A stretch of 64,000 nucleotides of DNA, taken from positions 17,176,001 through 17,240,000 of the forward strand of contig CM097885.1 of the NCBI GenBank assembly GCA_044892525.1. The letters run 5' to 3'. Of the stretch, positions 35,595 to 45,712 are shown one piece after another. The translations under genes and the position numbers were made by a program. The notes beneath the pieces were generated by a model that was not told the origin of the DNA, ran no database searches, and worked only from the letters and a program-made list of their open reading frames with translations. Each line of letters begins with the position of its first letter. Position 1 is the stretch's first letter. This DNA is from Schmidtea polychroa. Lineage: Eukaryota.

Positions 35595-35606
35595 TTTATA
35601 TATAAA
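35595..35606. promoter_or_regulatory. Palindromic TATA box in the divergent ATPase/TBP intergenic region
   Basis: TTTATATATAAA is self-complementary and sits in the 99-bp gap between the two start codons. Confidence 0.5.
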
Positions 35607-35632
35607 GACTAATTTTCATAAATGATTTAATA

Positions 35633-36070
35633 ATGTTAGCAAATATAAATTATCGAGGAAATTTTGATGTATCGAATATGAGGTTCCCACCAGGGAAACC
35701 CCAGCAAATTATCGATAGAAGTGGGAAATATCCGATAATATTTTTCAAGACTGGTAAATGCAGAATCATGGGATGTAAGAAACCTTTGGATATTAATAAA
35801 TTACAATATCGAATAAATAATATTACAATCCAATCAATTACCGTTACTATGGATATGGGAAATAGTATCAATCTATATAACATGTCGAAAAAATGTGATT
35901 GTATGTTTGAACCGGAATTGTTTCCGGCACTAAGACTATTAAAATATAACCCTATATGTGTCAACGTGTTTGCTAGTGGAAAGGTTGTCATGCTGGGGTT
36001 GAGAAATTTGGAGTATAGAGAATTTGTTGACAATGTTCGAAATGAGATAATTTCATTGGTCGATTTCTAA
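35633..36070 (+). CDS. TATA-binding protein (TBP)-like protein encoded within the Maverick
   Basis: Repeat 2 ITIQSIT...INL...FEPELFPAL...VNVFASGKVVMLG compares with TBP FKIQNMV...IRL...YEPELFPGL...LLIFVSGKVVLTG. Repeat 1 IIFFKTGKCRIMG compares with ALIFSSGKMVCTG. Intact 145 aa. Confidence 0.88.
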   Translation: MLANINYRGNFDVSNMRFPPGKPQQIIDRSGKYPIIFFKTGKCRIMGCKKPLDINKLQYRINNITIQSITVTMDMGNSINLYNMSKKCDCMFEPELFPALRLLKYNPICVNVFASGKVVMLGLRNLEYREFVDNVRNEIISLVDF

Positions 36071-36144
36071 TTGGTTAATTTCTAATTGGTTATTGATTGA
36101 TTTAAACAAACGGTTTTTTGTTTAGGATTCATTTTTTCAACACC

Positions 36145-36564
36145 ATGTACAAATTACCAAGCGCTGCAAACCTCATGAAAGATATCGACGATTATGGTAA
36201 ATTTTAATTTTTTTTATTTTCACATTATTTACTATTTATTATTTTAGAAAAATATTTAGAAGTTATGATCAATAGGATAAAATATTATTATCCTCAAATT
36301 ATTGAAATTATCAAGGATCGAGAAGCAGAAATAATTCCGGACCTCATTTTCTACACAACTCAAATTAGAATAATGTTGGTATTTCACCAGTTCTTGTGGT
36401 ATATAAAGATAAACAGAACCATCAAACAAATGGAGCCGGAGTACCAGTGCATCATCGGATGCTCATGCTGTGCCGATCGATATCGGCGATATGTCGAATG
36501 GGAGTTAGTGAAAACTCTGAGAAGGTTTCACTACTCCCGGATTGTAGATTTAGGTTACCAATAA
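36145..36564 (+). CDS. Hypothetical Maverick accessory protein, two exons
   Basis: Kozak-like caccATG at 36145. A 51-nt GTAAAT..TTTTAG intron (36197-36247) joins in frame: MYKLPSAANLMKDIDDYEKYLEVMINR...CIIGCSCC. AATAAA overlaps the stop. Confidence 0.7.
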
Positions 36565-36649
36565 ATGTATTTTTATTGTGTTTTATCTTTTTTATATTTG
36601 AAATAATAATAGTAATAATAATAATAATAATAGAAATAGTAATAATAAA

Positions 36650-36688
<39 letters not shown>

Positions 36689-36927
36689 GAAATAATAAAA
36701 CATTAATAATAAAAAATTAATAATAATAATAATAGAAATAATAAAACATTAATAATAATAAAACATTAATAATAAAACATTAATAAAAATAATAGAACAT
36801 GTGACAATGCAACATCAATGCATTTTGAATGCAATTTAAACAAAGACATGCTATAATCTGATTGGTTGATAGGCATGAGTCAAAGGTATAAAAACCCTGT
36901 AACATTTAAATTTATTCATTATTCACG

Positions 36928-37590
36928 ATGACCAAGAAAATTTCAAGCACCGAAAAACCTAAAGAAATGGTACAACCAGTTCAAATGTTCCACAACTACA
37001 AAATGTATTTTTTGTAAGAAGAAATCAATATGAAATTGGTTGCACCAGTCAAGCTAATTCCAACTAAATTTCAATTCTTATCCGGCACGCTTTCAATGAT
37101 TGATGTCAAAACTATTGATGATGTTTTTAAACGGATAGATTCGAATCTATCGTGTAATCAACATGCATGGTTCAACAATAGATATGCAAGATTTTATGAT
37201 GCTTTTGATGAAATCAGTTTCAAAGAAAATGAATTTATGCTAAATGCAATTCAACAAAGTACTATTGCATTTCATTTGAGATAACTTTTGGAAGGAAAAT
37301 TAACTTGTGTTTGACGTTAGAACAAGCGTCGGAATCCTGTTAAGGCGTAAATTTGACGAGAAAACACAAAGCAAAGTAAGCTGCAATAAGAAAAAAGAAG
37401 TAACAAACAATTTAATTTGGTGAAAGCGTTTGTGAGGAAAGAACTTAAAATATGGATAAAAATCATTTGAAATCATAAAATTTATTTCTCCGCGCCAAGT
37501 GAACCTTCAAAAAAGAAATATTCGGAAACTGGGAAGTATTGAATGCCTGAAGAAGTAGCATAAGTTTTAAAGGAAGGAGAGTTATATTTG
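36928..37590 (+). pseudogene. Degraded hypothetical Maverick accessory gene
   Basis: TATAAAA at 36887 and a reverse CCAAT upstream. ATG 36928 is in frame with ORF 37030-37284 across TAA at 37015. Further stops follow; the 3' end is approximate. Confidence 0.45.
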
Positions 37591-37975
37591 TAATATTAAA
37601 ATATATATTGAAACAACTTTATTTCAATAATTCTGTTTGTTTAAAAATTGGATTAAGAGGAAAACTTTTCAAACTTTGTAATTTTTAAATATTTGTAATT
37701 TTAATGACGACTTCTTTAGATGTAACTATTAAAATCCAGGAATTACTAATGTTTTATGTTAGTCCCCTTTATCAGCCAAAAGAATACAACATTTAGTCAA
37801 AATAACCACTTAAATAATAAGTCTTAATCTCATCTTTGAACTTTCCAATAATAGAATCAAAGTTTTTAGAATATAAATGTTTGAAATATCCAGCACCATC
37901 GATTTGTGATAAATATAAAAAACTTTGATTGATAGTCTAAAGTTTTGACAAAATAAAGAAATGAAAATAAAAGAA

Positions 37976-38180
37976 ATTATTATAAGAACTTTTTTCAATT
38001 TTCACCACTGATTCCTTTTCAATTGACATTGTATTTATCAAAAAAAATAGACTATGAATCGGTAAAGATATCGATGTTTTTTTGATATATTTACGGATTC
38101 ATAGTCAAGCTTTTTTAATAAATACAATGTCAATTGAAAAGAAATCAATGGTGAAAATTGAAAAAAGTTCTTATAATAAT
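37976..38180. mobile_element. Palindromic MITE/foldback-like element
   Basis: Long imperfect inverted arms around a very short centre (attattataagaacttttttcaattttcacc...ggtgaaaattgaaaaaagttcttataataat). Confidence 0.7.
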
Positions 38181-38509
38181 ATTATTATTGTTAATTTAAT
38201 TAATTACTTATTATAATAAAAATGGAGTATAATTATATTTTATTAATATAAAATGTTTTTTTCAACATTTTTTTAAAACATTTTTTAAACATTAAGTAAA
38301 TATTTTCATTTCCCCAATTCTCCCTTGGACATTCCAATAAATTGGGAATTGTAAGAAATTTAATTCCCATTTTTTCTCAAAAATTAGAATAATGAATTTC
38401 TTTCTATATATTTTTATAAATATTCTTTACGACAAATCCATTTGAACTTTCTTTTGTTATTTTAGATTTGTTTTTTAATTTATATTTTTTATTTCTACAA
38501 TTATTTTTC

Positions 38510-41500
38510 TTATTCACAAAATCTTATTTCATTTCTTAGACTTTCTTGGTAAAGTAAATCGTTTCGAGCGTCTCTCAATTGATAATGTTTATTTCCTCTG
38601 CAAACCTCTTCATTGAATTTGTCTCTTACAACTTTGCGCGGTATTTCTGGTCTATCAGGAAGAATTCTCTGCTGATTTCTTGGCAGTTGAGAATTCCACT
38701 GAATCCATTTTTCTCGGCAGATGTTCTCATGGATTCCAATGGAATGTCTTGTGAAATACCTTCCACAAATGTAACAAACAATTCCTGGCATTGAGCCAAG
38801 TGGTTTTCTATTTGACTCTTTTAGAGCTTCCTCGCATTCTTCATAATTGCTTATGATAAGCTGCTTTTGAGTTCCATTGCACCATTTTTGGTGTTCGTCG
38901 ACTCTTTGTTTAGGAATCCATTTTTGGCACATATTACAACAGAAATTGATAAAGTCTTCTTGGAAATTTGTTTGCAAGGATAAATTTTTCATAATTTCCT
39001 GCATTGGAATATCAACACAGTTCGATGTTTTTACTATACTTGGAATAAACGGTTTATATTTGATATGGTAACACTTCAGGAGGATATCAACCAGTTCGAT
39101 GAATAGGGTATTCATCACAGCATCGTTTACCAAAAAGTCCACTCTATCACTTAACATAGTATTCAATGTTTCTTTAGTTTCCTTTACCGTGGGGATCTTA
39201 AATCCAGATAGTTCATTAAATCTATCATTTTTATTCGATTTGTCTGAATCCTCTGGACATTTTAATTCAGAATTTCCTCCCTTCCCTTTATTATCACATG
39301 TCTCATGGCATTTGCAATTACACGTATCTTTACATTTGTTTCTCCCTTTATTTTTGCAATCGCAAATGCAGGAATCTTTACAGGTGCAATGTTCTTTTTC
39401 CTTGCATGCACATGGGCAAGTTTTATTAGTTCCTTTATCAGCTGCCTTATTTTTTTCTAAACAAGGACACTGGCATTTGTCACTATCTTTATCTTTATTT
39501 TTGTCTTTATCTTTATCATTATCTTTATCTTCTTTTTTATCTTTTTTTCCAGTTTCATTGTCTTCATCCATACATTTTACAACAGGTATTTTTGTTGATA
39601 AGCTTCTATCTAGTCGTCCAAATGATTTACATTTAATGGAGACATCAATTGATGGAACTTTTCCTTTGCCCGTTTCACTTGGTGGACATCCATAAACTAA
39701 ATCTTGATCCATGTGAGTAATTACCGGGGAGTCACATATAACATTTTCAGTTTCAGGATTGCTGTACAACATATCATTTTCATTTTTTGGAACTATTTCT
39801 GAAGTAGCACTTGTGGTTTCTTTATAATTAATGTCTACACTATCCTTGTCCTCTCTAATCACCAAGCGAGAATTAAAACTGCTTACAGCTTTATCGGTAC
39901 TTGCTTCATTTATGTCGTTATAAGATCCTTCTTCATAAGGTAAATCTATTTCACGCTGATTGAATGAAACAGCTTTTAATTCTTTTGAAGGCCCTCCTTT
40001 ACCGGTTGGATCTTTCAAATCTTTTTCTAATATTTTCTCTCCTCGTCGTTTATTTTCGTCTACAACTGCTTTTACTGATTGATATGGTAAATATATAACT
40101 TTGTTCATGATTTCAATTATTTCGGTTTCATCCGGTAATTGAAGTGATAATTTATGACCCTCGCGTCTACTCTTAGGGTGATTAGCTTCAATAGACTCTT
40201 CGGGATTATCATTTAGCATTTGCCTATTTGTTAAGTATTCCATATCGAATCGCTTATATGCAGAAGGAAATTCATACTTATGATAGTCTTCATAGATGTG
40301 AGGCTCGTTAAGCTTAACTTCTCCATGATATTTATGAGGAATTCCTTCCCATGGTGAATCGCCATACTGAGGTTTTGAATACCTTTTATCTCCTTTTATC
40401 TTAGCAGGAGATTTACTGTCTGGAGATTTTTTAGGTGCATCTTGAAACGCTTTTTGTGGTTTAGTGGTTTTCATAGTATCATAGGTTGTACCTTCACTTT
40501 CGATCTTTGGAGCGGGTTTTACATTCTCAAATATCTGTTTAGGTATTTTTCTTTCACTTTCGATCTTTGGAGCGGGTTTTACATTCTCAAATCTCTGTTT
40601 AGGTATTTTTCTTTGACAACACTTCGATGGACCCAATTGATCACTATCTGCTCGTCGAAAATCCTTTTGGTTGCGATACTTTGGATCATCACTTTCAATT
40701 TGTTGAATAGTTTTCAAACTGTCATATTTTGACCGTGGAGACTTTCTCTGACAACAACTAGATGGGTTTTCACTTTGGGTTCGAGGTTGACTTCTATAAT
40801 GCTTTGAATCGTCACTTTCTATACTCTGTATGGGTTTTAAACTATCATAATTTGGGTTAATAGGTCTTTTTTGGCAACATTTTGACGGTCCACCTTTATT
40901 TCTCTTAAATTTGGGTTTGTCAGTTTTCTCCAGTGTATCTAAGTCGTCATAATGAGATTTGGGAGATTTCCGTTGACAGCATCTTGTAGTATCACCTTGA
41001 GCCGATGGTTTGGTATTCTTTTGTGGTTCATAATTATATTTGGGGGGTTTATAGCTGTCTTTCACAGTTGTCTTTCTGCAGCATTTAAACAAACAAGTAC
41101 TATTCTTTCTCGATTGTGGGAAATCTTGAATGTTTTTACTTTTCTTTACAGATGAAAATCTGCGTATACTTCTATCGTCTGTCCTAACTGATACTTTTGA
41201 ACAACATTTTGAAGACGTCTTTTCAGAGGAATCTATCGGTTTTATTTCTTTTATTTTATCAAAATCAACTTGATATGTAGATTCTTCCTTATCCCCAAAG
41301 CTTTCAACTACATTTTCTGTTTCATATTTCTCTCTCTTATCTTCCTGAATTGTTTTGATTGGGGTTTTTGATTTCTCCTTTTTGCGACACTTATAAGGAA
41401 TACATATGCAAGATGACTTGTTAGAATTGGTTGACTTTTTAATTTCTTGTTTAACCTGTTTTTTTGGAACAGGAGTTGGAATTTTATCACTTTCATCTAC

Positions 41501-44500
41501 TATATATGGTGTTATAATAGGGGTGCTATGATGGACTGATTCCGGTTGGGGTTTAGTATTTTTGAAAGATCTTCTTGGTAAATAATATTTTGGTTGAGAA
41601 CTAGGTGTTGATATAGGTGCATGATCTTCAAATGTTTCATAGGTTATTCTAGGAGGTGGAGGAGGTGGTGGTGGAGGAGGAGGGGGAGGTGGAGGAGGGG
41701 GAAATGATTCTTTAAGGAGTACAACACTTTCTTCCCTTTCTAATTCAATCTTTTGATATGGGGTTGGAATTTTTAAAGAATCTTTAGATTCCTTTTTGAA
41801 AATGGATAATTCAATAAATTCATATATATCCGGTTCATTTTCTATAGACTGAATTGGAGTGCTTGTGACTGGATGCATAGGCCGAATACTAGCTTCTTTT
41901 TGTAAGGAAAGTGGATCACGAATAGGTTGGTAATCTTCATGAAAGTCCCTTATTTCAGATATTGATTTTGAGGGGTGAAAACACGCAGAAAAGCACATTC
42001 CTTTTTTGCTGTCTTTCCTTTGATTAGGTTTCCGTTCATTGTATTCAAAGTTTTTATACATATTTATTGTGTTATCCTTTTTATTAAGGTTTTCAAGCTT
42101 TCTCATTTCGTTTTGAAGTATCATTTCGCTCATTTCGGTTTCAAAATACATTTCCGCTTCAAATACAATGGTGTCTTCTTTTTGTTCTTCTATAATGTCA
42201 TCGATATCAGAACTAATGTAAGAAATTGGTTTTTCAGTTGGAGGACCCCATAATTTAGACTGCCTAAAGCCTTCAGTACTTATTTTCTTTTCAGGTGGAC
42301 GCTGAATTTTCTTTTTCTTAACTTTATTTGTTCTCATACCTTGACCAATGCTGTTATCTTTCTTCGATGGAGGATCGTCACCTCTTTTAGGCATATTTCC
42401 TTTCAAATCTTCTTCAATAAAATATTGTTTAGTCGGTTCTTGATCTGCAATGTTTATGCATTTTTCTTTAATGGATTTGTTTGAAAACCTTTCTGGTATT
42501 CGTAATATTTCCGGTTTAACGTCTGCGATGAAAGTTTCTTCGAATTTAGGAAAAGGCTTAATTTCATTAAATGTTTGATTATAGACGGCTGGCTGTTCCA
42601 TTTTAACAGTTGGTGGAAGTTGTACTCTGCAGTCAGCTATGTTCAAAGATTTACATTCAACTCCAGTTGGAGCTGTTGGTCCAAATCTTTCGGCAATTCT
42701 TAACGGTGGGTGCTCATTTTCAAATTGCTGATGAATGATTGATTCTTTAACAGGAATGATTTTCACATCAAAACTATTTTTTGATGAGTCTTTTTTGTCA
42801 GATTTTTTGTTTAAATTATCCCACTGTTGGATTTCGATTTCCACCAGTTCAACTAATTCCTTTTTCAATCTATCATCAATTTCTTTAGTGTTTAAAGGAA
42901 TCTTTTCTCTATTTTCTAAACTCGAACCAGACGCTTTGCTTTTTATTAAGTCAGCTGAATCGGATTTTCTATCTCTTTGACCGTCCATCGAAGATTTAAG
43001 TCCGATTCTTTTGTTTTGAATGTCATATTTTATTGACCTTTCTTCAATATTTGATCCTTTTGGTTCTTGTTCATTGACAAATGTTACTGTCTTTAATATT
43101 TGAACACTGTCCTTCGATGGAACATCATTACTATCATTACTTCTCCTATTATTTGGATAACTTATTTCTTCTTTTATACTTTTCGCTCCTTGCAAAGTAT
43201 CTAACATGGATTCTTTATTATCAATAATTTTCGATAATTCTTTTTTAATTTTCTCTCTAACCTGACTTTGAGGAACTTGGTTTTCCAAAGAATCAATTTT
43301 CTTTGAAGAAGACCTTTTAATTTTACCCAGGCTGTCTGATCGCTCGATTATAAATTCTCTTTTTATGGAATCTGAATTCGGTTGTGATCCTTTTTGGCGA
43401 ATTTCTTGAATTGAAATAACTGACTCATTTTTTGCTTGCTCGAAAGATGGATTGCTTCTAAATTGTGGTATCTTTTTATTGTTATCTGTGATAGCACATG
43501 ATTCGACTTTCATCTGGACAGATATCTGACTATCTTGACTACTCGAACTCAGTATGGATGTCGAAATTACTGGTCCAGATTTCTGGACTTCTATCACTCT
43601 ACTTCTTGTACCATCGGAAACTGCGGATGTTGAAATTACTGGTCCAACATTAACTAGGGATTTCTGGACTTCTATCACTCTATTTCTTGTACCATCAGAA
43701 CTTATCCTCACCCTTTCACTGCTGTCGTGTGAAATAACTTTTGCTGGTTCTATCGTTTGTTCTTCCTTTACGTCATTATCCTTTCCATCTAAACGGATTC
43801 GAATATTTATTTCATCTTCCGAACCAAGATGAATTACATCAAAATCTTCATCTTTGGATGAAATATAATTGTAATCCTTTGTAAATAAAACAGTCTCTGG
43901 TTCTTTAATAGTAATATTCTCATTTTGAAATGTGATTTTATCCGTTTTAATTTGGTCGCTATATCGCTTGGTCATTTTGATTTCATTTGGTGGTCTGCTT
44001 TCAATCTCTTTGATTCGAATATTCTCGTTCTCGAAGATAACCTTTTCCGCTTTCAAAGAATCGGTATGTTGTCGATTTACTTTGATATCTCTCGGTGGTT
44101 TGCTTTCAGTTTTAAGGTTTTCACTCAGAAACACGATTTTATCTGTCTTGATGGAATCACTATTTTGTTTATTTGTTTTTGAGACTTTTGGTGATTTGCT
44201 ATCCGCTTCTTTGATTTTGATTTGGATGTTTTGTTTCAATTTGTCGTCCTCATAAATGTTCATGTCTAATATATTTTCACTAGCTGCTGGTGATTTTTGA
44301 ATATTTGAACCTTTCATTGCTTCCGTTGAGATAATGTCCCAATTCTTTTGATAATTGCGATCAAAGGTTTCTACATTCGACAATTTCATATTGATACTTT
44401 CCGCTTTGATTCCAGAGGACCTTTTGCCGGATCGAGTCGTGAAAAGTTTTTCTTCGATTTTTTTCATTATAATCTTGTGAAGAGGTAACGATTTAGTTGC

Positions 44501-45712
44501 ATCTTTTGGTCTTGCTGTCGTTTCAATTTTTTCGAATTTTATATCGACTTTAGGATCGTAATAGTTTTCGCAATCGGGATCATAGATTTTTGTCGTCGTC
44601 ATGTATTCCTCTTCAATCCTCTTTTGTGGATCTTCACCATCTTGATAACTTCGATGAATCGGAGTGTGGGTTTCAAGTCTGGTTCTGATTTCAGACCCAT
44701 CAGAAATGTAAACTGTTTCTTCACCGCGGTTTATTGTAGTTTCGATTTTCTCAGCATAACCTTTTTCCTTCAGTTTTCCTAACTTTACTTCATATTTAAT
44801 AACTTCTCTGTTAGCCAAAGCTTGATGAAGTTTTTGATTAAAGATTAAGTCCAACTGATTTTCGGATCTTTCAAAATCTGTCTCAACAAACATTGACTCA
44901 GACGATCTAGCATTTTTATTCTTTTCAAAATGGCCATCACTCACTATTTTCAAGTTTTCGAGATAATCAAAGTAACTTGATAACCTTTTATTGTCCTCTA
45001 ATGCTTCGTTATGTGACTGTTTACGTTTGACTCGAGGTTTTAGTGGCTTTGGTGAGGTATTAATTAGAAAATCAGATTTCTTTTCCATTAGTTGTCCAAA
45101 GTAATTATGTATGCACCCTCTGTTTGAAGTCTGTATACTAATATCTTTCTCTTCAACATTAATCATACCATGAAATGAATCTTTAGAGCAATTCGAAAAT
45201 GGGATCAAACTTTCTTTTCTTTTAGAGATTCTTTCATTTTTTACAACTCTTTGAGTTTCACGAGACCCAGACACCGAAAATTGAGATTCAACAACACATG
45301 AGAATCTATTCTCTTCATTTTGATCATCGTTAGTTGTCCTTTTACTGAATAGAATAGAATTGTAAGTTACTTTACTATCATTATTGTCATTTACCATCAT
45401 AACATTTGAATTGGAAGTTGTAAAGTTTATGAAATCACCACCATGATCGGGTACAATGAGGTTTAAAGGTCTTATAGGAGCTTTGGATTTACTTTTTGTA
45501 TATAGGTTAAATTCTTGGTCGATCTTGTTAATGATATCAAACATATTTTGGTTACCTTCGGAGACAACGCGTTTATCATTGTACTGACTTTCGTATTTCA
45601 TATGAAGAGAGTTCTTCCACATTTTCATTTGGCGAATAAAGCGTTTTTTACCACATCGGTATTTGTAAGAGTTATTATTACTATTGTTATTTTTCTTTCG
45701 ATATATAATCAT
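38510..45712 (-). CDS. 2400-aa host protein, largely low-complexity, with C-terminal C2HC zinc fingers (ZNF474-like), a Cys-rich segment and a polyproline tract
   Basis: 7.2-kb uninterrupted ORF in AT-rich DNA. CNMC..HQKWC and VCYICGRYFTRHSIGIHENICREKW. Confidence 0.85.
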   Translation of the reverse strand: MIIYRKKNNNSNNNSYKYRCGKKRFIRQMKMWKNSLHMKYESQYNDKRVVSEGNQNMFDIINKIDQEFNLYTKSKSKAPIRPLNLIVPDHGGDFINFTTSNSNVMMVNDNNDSKVTYNSILFSKRTTNDDQNEENRFSCVVESQFSVSGSRETQRVVKNERISKRKESLIPFSNCSKDSFHGMINVEEKDISIQTSNRGCIHNYFGQLMEKKSDFLINTSPKPLKPRVKRKQSHNEALEDNKRLSSYFDYLENLKIVSDGHFEKNKNARSSESMFVETDFERSENQLDLIFNQKLHQALANREVIKYEVKLGKLKEKGYAEKIETTINRGEETVYISDGSEIRTRLETHTPIHRSYQDGEDPQKRIEEEYMTTTKIYDPDCENYYDPKVDIKFEKIETTARPKDATKSLPLHKIIMKKIEEKLFTTRSGKRSSGIKAESINMKLSNVETFDRNYQKNWDIISTEAMKGSNIQKSPAASENILDMNIYEDDKLKQNIQIKIKEADSKSPKVSKTNKQNSDSIKTDKIVFLSENLKTESKPPRDIKVNRQHTDSLKAEKVIFENENIRIKEIESRPPNEIKMTKRYSDQIKTDKITFQNENITIKEPETVLFTKDYNYISSKDEDFDVIHLGSEDEINIRIRLDGKDNDVKEEQTIEPAKVISHDSSERVRISSDGTRNRVIEVQKSLVNVGPVISTSAVSDGTRSRVIEVQKSGPVISTSILSSSSQDSQISVQMKVESCAITDNNKKIPQFRSNPSFEQAKNESVISIQEIRQKGSQPNSDSIKREFIIERSDSLGKIKRSSSKKIDSLENQVPQSQVREKIKKELSKIIDNKESMLDTLQGAKSIKEEISYPNNRRSNDSNDVPSKDSVQILKTVTFVNEQEPKGSNIEERSIKYDIQNKRIGLKSSMDGQRDRKSDSADLIKSKASGSSLENREKIPLNTKEIDDRLKKELVELVEIEIQQWDNLNKKSDKKDSSKNSFDVKIIPVKESIIHQQFENEHPPLRIAERFGPTAPTGVECKSLNIADCRVQLPPTVKMEQPAVYNQTFNEIKPFPKFEETFIADVKPEILRIPERFSNKSIKEKCINIADQEPTKQYFIEEDLKGNMPKRGDDPPSKKDNSIGQGMRTNKVKKKKIQRPPEKKISTEGFRQSKLWGPPTEKPISYISSDIDDIIEEQKEDTIVFEAEMYFETEMSEMILQNEMRKLENLNKKDNTINMYKNFEYNERKPNQRKDSKKGMCFSACFHPSKSISEIRDFHEDYQPIRDPLSLQKEASIRPMHPVTSTPIQSIENEPDIYEFIELSIFKKESKDSLKIPTPYQKIELEREESVVLLKESFPPPPPPPPPPPPPPPPPRITYETFEDHAPISTPSSQPKYYLPRRSFKNTKPQPESVHHSTPIITPYIVDESDKIPTPVPKKQVKQEIKKSTNSNKSSCICIPYKCRKKEKSKTPIKTIQEDKREKYETENVVESFGDKEESTYQVDFDKIKEIKPIDSSEKTSSKCCSKVSVRTDDRSIRRFSSVKKSKNIQDFPQSRKNSTCLFKCCRKTTVKDSYKPPKYNYEPQKNTKPSAQGDTTRCCQRKSPKSHYDDLDTLEKTDKPKFKRNKGGPSKCCQKRPINPNYDSLKPIQSIESDDSKHYRSQPRTQSENPSSCCQRKSPRSKYDSLKTIQQIESDDPKYRNQKDFRRADSDQLGPSKCCQRKIPKQRFENVKPAPKIESERKIPKQIFENVKPAPKIESEGTTYDTMKTTKPQKAFQDAPKKSPDSKSPAKIKGDKRYSKPQYGDSPWEGIPHKYHGEVKLNEPHIYEDYHKYEFPSAYKRFDMEYLTNRQMLNDNPEESIEANHPKSRREGHKLSLQLPDETEIIEIMNKVIYLPYQSVKAVVDENKRRGEKILEKDLKDPTGKGGPSKELKAVSFNQREIDLPYEEGSYNDINEASTDKAVSSFNSRLVIREDKDSVDINYKETTSATSEIVPKNENDMLYSNPETENVICDSPVITHMDQDLVYGCPPSETGKGKVPSIDVSIKCKSFGRLDRSLSTKIPVVKCMDEDNETGKKDKKEDKDNDKDKDKNKDKDSDKCQCPCLEKNKAADKGTNKTCPCACKEKEHCTCKDSCICDCKNKGRNKCKDTCNCKCHETCDNKGKGGNSELKCPEDSDKSNKNDRFNELSGFKIPTVKETKETLNTMLSDRVDFLVNDAVMNTLFIELVDILLKCYHIKYKPFIPSIVKTSNCVDIPMQEIMKNLSLQTNFQEDFINFCCNMCQKWIPKQRVDEHQKWCNGTQKQLIISNYEECEEALKESNRKPLGSMPGIVCYICGRYFTRHSIGIHENICREKWIQWNSQLPRNQQRILPDRPEIPRKVVRDKFNEEVCRGNKHYQLRDARNDLLYQESLRNEIRFCE

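Noticed and set aside
23825..37284. TAA reassignment or readthrough, since most premature stops are TAA
   Set aside because: Citrate synthase, MCP and PolB end in TAA, and the 2400-aa host ORF has no internal TAA. AT-biased mutation explains the pattern.
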